28,884 nt of DNA from Octopus sinensis (lineage: Eukaryota), in assembly GCF_006345805.1 (NCBI RefSeq), contig NW_021833199.1, forward strand, positions 1-28,884, written 5' to 3'. Both the position numbers and the translations under genes were made by a program. Each line of letters begins with the position of its first letter. Position 1 is the first letter of the stretch. Shown piece after piece: positions 21,688 to 28,884 of this stretch. The notes below the pieces were generated by a model. That model ran no database searches, was not told where the DNA came from, and saw only the letters and a list, made by a program, of their open reading frames with translations.

Positions 21688-24600
21688 TGTTTCTTTATTA
21701 GCTACACAGGGCTGGACACAGACGGGACAAATTTCAAAGTAGAGCTTTTCTTTTGGGGGAGAAAAAAAAAGTGGGGGAGGTTTTCGATCAAAAGGGATCG
21801 TAAAAAGGGGGGGGGGAGAAAAGAAAAGAAGGAAAGAAAAAAGAAAAGAAAAAAACGATCAATAGGGATCGTGTATCACAGAAATGTCATGATGTAAAGT
21901 GTAAAGGGGGAAACAGTTGAGGTTTATTCAGGGAAATAAAAGCCTACGGAAAAGACCACGGTAACCTCGGTCAATAATGTCACATGTTAACACATTTGTT
22001 TGCAAGTAAGTAACTCTCTGTTTTAAAATTTTCCGCTTCATACGATTATGCTCAAGGTGGCTTCGTCATTCATACGTGCCATCCTTGCTACATTCACCCA
22101 TCTTTTTTTGAAACATTCGCTAGACAAAACTTGCCTCTCTACTCTCACTTTCCTTTTCAAGTGATACTTGAAGAAGTTGATGAGAAATTGACCAGAGAGG
22201 AAAGTGTTTGTCTCCAATCCTTTCAGACACGTCCACTAGATCTTTCGCCATAGCTACAAGGATGATGAAAATAGCTCTTCCTTTCCGTTTGAATGAAGGA
22301 GGCGTGACAATATTGACGATAGACTCGGCTGATAAACCGACTCGTCCCACACGTGACAGCAGTCGTTCGACATAAGCCCACAATCAGAAATTATTGGTCA
22401 CTGCACGAGTGCGTGCAGAACGATTTCGTCGCTCTGACTGCATCTCGGGCAGGTCGGCCCCGTGTTTCTCAAGCCGTTTCTGTAGAGCTTATCTCGAACG
22501 GGTAGCGCTTTTCCGTAGCACTGCTAGGCCAGAGATCTCTGGAAGTTCTATATAAGTCCTGGCCTGAAAGTCGTCCTGAACAAGCGGATCAGGTATTCCT
22601 CGTCGCCCCGAGCTTGTCGTCGTACCTCACCTCCAATAATCCTCTATAGAATGCTTTGGTTGTGTTGAAGTCGCTCAAGGACGACCCGGGACGGCATAGT
22701 TGCTTGAGAGCAACGCGACACTCGCGGTGCCAATCGCCCTATCTCGGCCTCTTTTTGATCCACGACTGCAGTTCAGTCATGGAGAAGAGTTGCGGGAAGG
22801 CGTGCCTCACAAACGGTGACCACACCTGTTCACCGTCGTCTACGATATGTATATAGATAGATATGTATGAAATGTCGCATCAACGACGGCATGCCCAGTC
22901 CTCCTTTTAACGGGTGTTGACAGCAAATGGATTGCCTGACCATCGGGACGCATCCTTTCCACAAGAAGCGGAAGAGAATGCGTTCTAGTTTGGTGATGGT
23001 AGGGTCGGGACAAGGCACGGCGGTCAGGCGGTAGTAGATGACGGACGCGATGTACGTGTTCACCACCTCCGCCCGACCTTTTAGGGAGTTTCCTCTCGGC
23101 CCATTGCCGGGCGTGAGTGACCACCCTACTCGTTATCTCCTTCAGTTCTTCTCCATTTGGAGGTCCGGATCAAACCTGACCCCGAACAACTCGACCGGAC
23201 CGCCGGTCCAGCGTCCCACGACGGAGGCGCTGGTGGACGGCATGAGCTTGCTTCTCCAGGTGCCGAGCCGCAAGCCCACCGACTTTTCCCGGTTGATTTT
23301 CGCTCCTGTTACCGCTTCGTAGTCTTGCAGTGTCTCGCCGACCAGCTCGATGTGCTCGTGGTTAGACACTATGACGGTGACGTCGTCCGCGTATGCAGAC
23401 ACGCTCGTCCCGCATCCCAATTATCGCGGGATGCTCCTCAGAGTCGCCAGCTTCCGCAGTAATGGTTCGAGAGTCAATACGTATAGAAGCCACGAGGAGG
23501 GGGCATCTCTGACGGACCGAACGTGCAATGTCGAAAGGTCTTGATAGATGTCCATTTACGCGAGTTACCGAGCGGATATCTCTGTACAAAGCAGCTATCC
23601 AGCCGCGGAAGACGGTACCGAAACCGGTTGCTCTGAGTACAGCCACTAAGTATCGATGGTCTACCCTATCGAAAGCTTTCGATTGATCCAAATTGGTCAG
23701 GGCCCCACCCATGCCAGGTTCCTTAACTACCCTGTCTATCATGTAGCGCATCATATGGAGGTTGTCATGGATGCTCCGGCCTGGCACGGCGCACGTTTGC
23801 GCCTTGTCGACCAGTTTCTCGATGACAAGCGTCAACCTCTTGGCTAACACCTTGGCCAAAATTTTCAAGTCTGCATTAAGCAGAGTGATGGGCCTAAAGT
23901 TATCTATTACGTTCCCCTTGTTTAGATTTTTCTTTAGCAGTGTTACGGCTCCTCGGCTCACAGAACCAGGGATGCTCCCATTTTGCTGCCAGTTGCAGTA
24001 CACCGCTGCCAAGACGTCTCCAAACAAGTCTGGCATACAACTGTAATGCTCGTAGGGTAGTCCATCCAAACCCGGCGATTTATCCCTCGAGCATTCTGCC
24101 ATCACGTCCCGCATTTCCGCCGCCGTAATGACACCTTCGCAGCGCCCTGCCTCTCTTGTCGAGAGTCGTGTTAGGTTGTGTAGGTAGGCACTGAAGTCTA
24201 CCCTACGTTCTTGCCCGCCACTCGTCCCGAACAGTCGAGCAAAATGCTGTTGAAAGGCCTCACACATTTTATTTGGCTCGAGTAATTCGCGCCTCTGTTC
24301 ATCTACCAGAGACCGAATGGTGGCTTTGTTGCCCTGTTGCGCCTCTGCCACCCAGACCTCTCTCGCGGCTCCAACACCTTCGTTCCTTAGAGCACGCATC
24401 TTAGCTCTGACAACACACCCTTCGCGTTTGGCGTTGAAGTGTTGGTCGAGGGCCAACCTTGCCGCTTCTAATTGCCTCTTCTAGCTTCTTAACTAGCTCA
24501 CCCTCTACTTTGTTTCTATCTATGGCTAGTGCTTTGCTATATCTAATCTCTTCTGCTTTTATTGCTCTCTTGAAGGCAAACCATTTGTTGTTGATGATGG

Positions 24601-24850
24601 CTCCCGTCAAAGCCCTCTTTACTAGTGTGCTAATCCAGTCTCTGAAAACCTGTCTCGATGGGAAAGACGCGTTTAGTTTCCTGTACCCGGCACCCTGCCA
24701 ATGTATCTTATCTAAGTCTAGCGTACATGTCACAAGTTTGTGATCCTGGACATCCTACGCTATCTCTATCTACTGTCCGGCACAGTAGCCTATCTAGATA
24801 CGATCTCGACGACCTGATGCGGTTGCTTCATGTCCACGTTGGCGCATTCG
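21686..24850 (-). mobile_element. 5'-truncated L1/Tx1-clade LINE (end of APE, RT, C-terminal zinc knuckle, 3' UTR)
   Basis: See the ORF entry. The 3' end reads ...CTGTGTAGCTAATAAAGAAACAT followed by (ATCT)n with no poly(A). The 5' flank (24851-25000) is degenerate TAGG/TAGA/GACA tetranucleotide repeat. Confidence 0.88.
22038..24850 (-). pseudogene. Disrupted ORF2 of the L1/Tx1-clade element
   Basis: APE end (PTWT*SN...SRSYLDR...DHKLV). RT (KSPGLDGLP, NFRPITLLNADLKILAKVLAKRL, LDQSKAFDRVDH, SVRQRCPL, SAYADDV, GAKINREKS, GGLGMP). Knuckle CPRCSQSDEIVLHALVQ(C>stop) at ~22398-22452. Several stops and frameshifts; terminal TGA at 22038-22040. Confidence 0.92.
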
Positions 24851-25566
24851 TAGGTAGGAAGGTATGTAGGTAAGTAGGAAGCGAGTGAGGAAGGAAAGTG
24901 AAGAAACTGACAAATAAATAGATTGGTAGATAGACAAACAGGTAGACAGACAGGTATATATTTAAATAGACAGATTGCTTGAGTGATTGATTGATGAAAA
25001 TATAAACAATGATATGTGTTTATCTTCGTATTTACATATGATATGAGTGGGTCGGTGAACTTTTACTTTGTTCTTCACACATTAGTATACATTACTGTGG
25101 GGGTAGATGTGCACATATACAGGCAGCTGCCCACTCACCTCAGCCTGCTCCGACACACATAAACACACATAAAATTGTGAGAAAAAAATGTTGCTTGCAC
25201 ATCAAATATTATTGGTAATAGAAATACAGATGAACAACAAAGATATGTACAGATAAACGGAAAGGTGGTACCTTTATCTAATGTGTCAAAATTGCGATAA
25301 TTTCCAGTTGACAACCGATGAAGGAACCAGACATGTGTACACCTTGTTGTGCTGTCATTTCGATTTTTCTTCTTTACTGTCCCATCACGTCACTCTTCTA
25401 ATACATACGTGTATACATCTATACATCTATCCATGCTTGTATGCCAGCATCCATCGATCTGTCCATAAATGCATGCATACATACAATGCACATATATATG
25501 TATGGGTGTATGCATAATCGTTGGCGATTTCCTTCCTCCATCTTCCCTTCTATTGGACATTCCTAT

Positions 25567-25602
25567 GTTTCCGAAGAAGAGCGTCTGCTCGAAACATTAA
25601 AC
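25567..25602 (+). ncRNA. Decayed minimal type-I hammerhead-like motif (Penelope-type terminal repeat remnant)
   Basis: GTTT-CCGAAGA-A-GAGC-gtct-GCTC-GAAAC-AT-T-AAAC gives a 4-bp stem I (GTTT/AAAC), a 4-bp stem II and GAAA. The core has C for U4 and A where G is needed for stem III. Confidence 0.4.
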
Positions 25603-25615
25603 CATCTTCATTCCT

Positions 25616-25646
<31 letters not shown>

Positions 25647-25692
25647 ACTATATATAACATATATGTATAATTAGCTGTCGAACATATATATA

Positions 25693-26092
25693 TGTATGAC
25701 AGGTATGACTGTGTGGTAAGAAGTTTGCTTCCCAATTCACAAGGTCCCAGGTTCAGTCCCATTGTGTGACACCTTGAGCAAGTGTCTTCAACTATACCCT
25801 CGGGTTGACTAACGCTATGTGAGTGGATTTGGTAGACGAAAACTGAAAGTCCATCGTATAGGTATATATGTGTGTCTTTGTGTCTGTATTTGTCCCCCAA
25901 TCACAGCTTGATAACCGGTGTTGGTTTGTTTACGTCCCAGTAACTTAGCGCTTCGGCAAAAGCCACCAATAGAATAAGTACCAGGCTTTAAAGGAAAAAA
26001 AGTACTGGGGTCAATTCTTTCGACTAAAATTCTTCAAGGCAATGCTCCAGCATGGCCGCTGTCTAATGACCGAAACAAGTAAAAGAAAAAGA
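25693..26092 (+). mobile_element. Full-length family C SINE
   Basis: GACTGTGTGGTAAG (A box), AGGTTCAGTCCC (B box), CCTTGAGCAAGTGTCTTC, short TA tract, tail ...GACCGAAACAAGTAAAAGAAAAA; colinear with the reverse complement of 7479-7895. Confidence 0.85.
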
Positions 26093-26282
26093 TCTTACAA
26101 CCAGTTACATTATTAATGTGGTTGTTAAAATTAAATGTAATTATTTTAGTATTATCCTTTGCTCGTTTATTTGCAATATTTTTACGTGCGGAAGATTGCG
26201 TTAAGATGTGTCATCTATTATGTCTCGTATGCCTATGTATGAAAATTACGCTAAAATCGCAGTTGTTTCTATCAGATGATGT

Positions 26283-26575
26283 CAGTGGCGTATAGGGAAA
26301 TAAGGGGAGTGACCGCTCCCCGCGAATATATTCTTTAAAGTTGGCGTCATTTAACAATCTATCTCTTATTATAAAAGGCAGATTTTATCTGCCTCCCTTT
26401 GTCTTTATAGAAATCTACAATATAGGATTCTTCATTACAATTTACCTAGCATTTTTAAGAGTAGAATACATCGGGTCGTGCCAGGTCCAGTTTTTAAAAT
26501 TTCAACCCCAATTAAGCAAAATTTCGGAAAACTCAATTGTGGTGTGTAAGTGAAGTGCTTTTTCTAGTGTGGGCT

Positions 26576-26618
<43 letters not shown>

Positions 26619-27190
26619 CACCACACAAAAAACGGAGCGATCTGCTTCACTCACGCTATCACCCTAATTTCTCCTTTCTCTTTGCAAGTGTGCAACGATT
26701 AAAGTGAAAGTATTTATATAAAACGGATCACATGCTATCAACATAATTTCTCATAATTTCTCTTGCAAGTGTACCTTAAACCACTACTAAAAAAAAAACA
26801 CAGCAAACAGAAACAAATAAATACATAACGATTTACTCCTCACACAATTTCTTCAATTAGAGTTTACCTATGATTTTTCAAAGTACTTCCATTCGGTAAT
26901 ACATACAAAAGTTCTTTCAATTTCACCCCCATTTCAGAAAAAATTCGCGAGAAAACTACCATTTCACTTCAACGCCTTTATTCTGCATATTACTCCCACT
27001 TCCTCTTTACACACATAGACACGCAAATATATAATAAAATTGTAAGCTAACGTGTGTGTGTGTGTGTGTGTGTGTGCGTGTGTGTGTGTGTGAGGGTGCG
27101 CGTGTGTGTTGTGTGTGTGTGTGTGTGTGTGTGTGTAGTGTGTGACAGGATGAGCCAGTCAGACTGACCATCCTTTTTGCTACACCACTG
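26283..27190. mobile_element. Possible degenerate non-autonomous TIR DNA transposon (hAT-like ends)
   Basis: Left end CAGTGGCGTA; right end TACACCACTG (reverse complement CAGTGGTGTA, 9/10). (CA)n at 26579-26617 and (GT)n at 27052-27142 lie inside in inverted orientation. No TSD found. Confidence 0.4.
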
Positions 27191-27317
27191 GTTTTCAGTT
27201 CATATTCATCAAATTAATATTCACAACAAGAAGGACTATTGAACAAACATTTGCCATTTCACACATGTATGTAAACAAATTCCTTCTTAAAAATTTCAAT
27301 TCATTTTATTTTTCATT

Positions 27318-27996
27318 CATACAAAGTTTTTAGGACGAATATAAGATCTAAAGTATATCCAAGTAGCAGAAAACATCGCCCAAAAGTGTATATAGATATT
27401 TAAATGTATTTATATATTCAACTAACACAGATGTATGTATAATGTGTGTGTATATATTTCCATAGAGGTAACCATTCACTCCATACAAAGTTATTTAGGA
27501 CGAATATAAGATCTAAAGTATATCCAAGTAGCAGAAAGATCGCCCCAAAGTGTATAGATATTTAAATGTATTTATATATTCATCTATACACAGATGTATG
27601 TATAATGTGTGTGTATATATTTCCATAGACGTAACCATTCACTCCGCCACAAAGTTTTTAGGACGAAAATAAGATCTAAAGTTATCTCTAAGTAGCAGAA
27701 AGATCGCCCAAAAGTGTATATAGATATATAAATGTATTTATATATCATCTATGCACACATGTATGTATAACGTGTGTGTAATATTTCCATAGAGGTAACC
27801 ATTCACTCCATACAAAGTTTTTAGGACGAAAATAAGATCTAAAGTTATCTCTAAGAAAAAGAAAGATCGCCCAAAAGTGTATATAGATATTTAATGTATT
27901 TATATATTCATCTATACACACATGTATGTATAATGTGCGTGTATATATTTCCATACAGGTAACCATTCAATCCATACAAGTTTTTTAGGACGAAAA
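27318..27996. repeat. 164-bp tandem satellite, four units plus the start of a fifth
   Basis: Unit starts (CATACAAAG) at 27318, 27482, 27646, 27809 and 27973. Confidence 0.95.
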
Positions 27997-28842
27997 TCTT
28001 TTATATATAAAAGAAAGGTTGTGTGTCTGTCTACTCCGATTTAGATTCCTAACTACTCCCACATTTTGCGATGCAGTTTAACCAAAATCGGGTATCTTAT
28101 AGTCGTGATTCATATCGAGCCCTTCTGGGTATTAGCGCGTGTCTACGATGAGTCTACGATTTTACAAATAATTTACCATCATTTTTTCCATTTTAATGCA
28201 AATTTTTTTAAATAAAGGGAAGTAACTCTCAAACTTCACACCAATATGCGTGCTCATATGCAACGTAATATCACATCAGCAGCATTTCCTCACACCCTCC
28301 TTGCACTTGGCGAAGGCAAATACCAGGGGATGAAAATGGTAATATTGCCATCGATTCCATTTGTACCATTGTTAAGACGCCTTCTGATCTCAGAGATGCA
28401 GTGTTCCCAGATCTACAAGCTAATTATCAGAATATGAATGGATTGGCCAAAGGGCTATTCTGGCCCCGAGGAATAAAACTGTTCACCATATTAATGATGA
28501 AATGCTAAAACTCATTCCTGGGGAAGTCTATGTATATAAGTCTATCGATACAACTCCTGACCCAGAGGACGTCATCAACTATCCAATAGAGGTACTCAAT
28601 TCCTTTGAGCACCCCGGACTACCACCACACTTTCTCAAATTAAGGTTGGTGCCCCTATAATGCTCATCAGATATTTGGTTCCCCAAAACAATGCAATGGC
28701 ACACGTTTGATCGTTAAGTCCTTATCTCCCACCGTAAACTTACATCAATATTTGCCTGAATAATCATCATAATTCAGTGCAATCATAACAGTGCTTTCAA
28801 GCACATTCAGCCCCGAGCAACGGGACCGGGCAATTCTGCTAG
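27997..28842 (+). mobile_element. Non-autonomous Helitron (846 bp)
   Basis: A|TC 5' end (TCTTTTATATATAAAAG...TGTGTGTCTGTC), CTAG|T 3' end, GC-rich subterminal hairpin CCCG-AGCAA-CGGG (28812-28824), internal PIF1 fragment. Confidence 0.85.
28231..28730 (+). pseudogene. PIF1-family helicase fragment of Helitron RepHel
   Basis: With about four frameshifts: KLHTNMRA...LLALGEG...VFPDL...RAILAPRNKTVHHIND...YKSID...YPIEVLNSFEHPGLPPHFLKL-VGAPIMLIR...CNGTRLIV. Confidence 0.9.
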
Positions 28843-28884
28843 TATATATATATAAACGGCAAAATGTCTGTGTGCGTGTCCTTT
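28843..28884 (+). mobile_element. Probable 5' end of a second Helitron-like element
   Basis: TATATATATATAAACGGCAAAATGTCTGTGTGCGTGTCC mirrors the layout of the 5' end at 27997 (TA run, AAA, TGTCTGTG); truncated by the window edge. Confidence 0.45.

Overview
AT-rich, microsatellite-dense eukaryotic DNA made almost entirely of transposable elements. I found no supportable host gene exon, rRNA, true tRNA gene or CRISPR array. The repeat families resemble those I associate with octopus (coleoid cephalopod) genomes; this is recall and needs a database check. Main contents: (1) a near full-length RTE-clade LINE on the minus strand (~2743-7080) with an APE endonuclease, an RT carrying a C4HC3 PHD-like finger inserted inside it, and a 3' UTR with a 13-unit ~60-bp A/B alternating minisatellite; five further 3'-end copies or relatives occur; (2) a 3' fragment of a second RTE family; (3) two copies of an L1/Tx1-clade LINE embedded in (GATA)n microsatellite, whose last 44 nt match the tail of a tRNA-derived SINE in this window; (4) several tRNA-headed SINE families with shuffled head, core and tail modules; (5) an 846-bp non-autonomous Helitron with a PIF1 helicase fragment, inserted in a 164-bp satellite; (6) two long inverted-repeat structures and a decayed minimal hammerhead-like motif. 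Element ends and identities were read by hand and are approximate.
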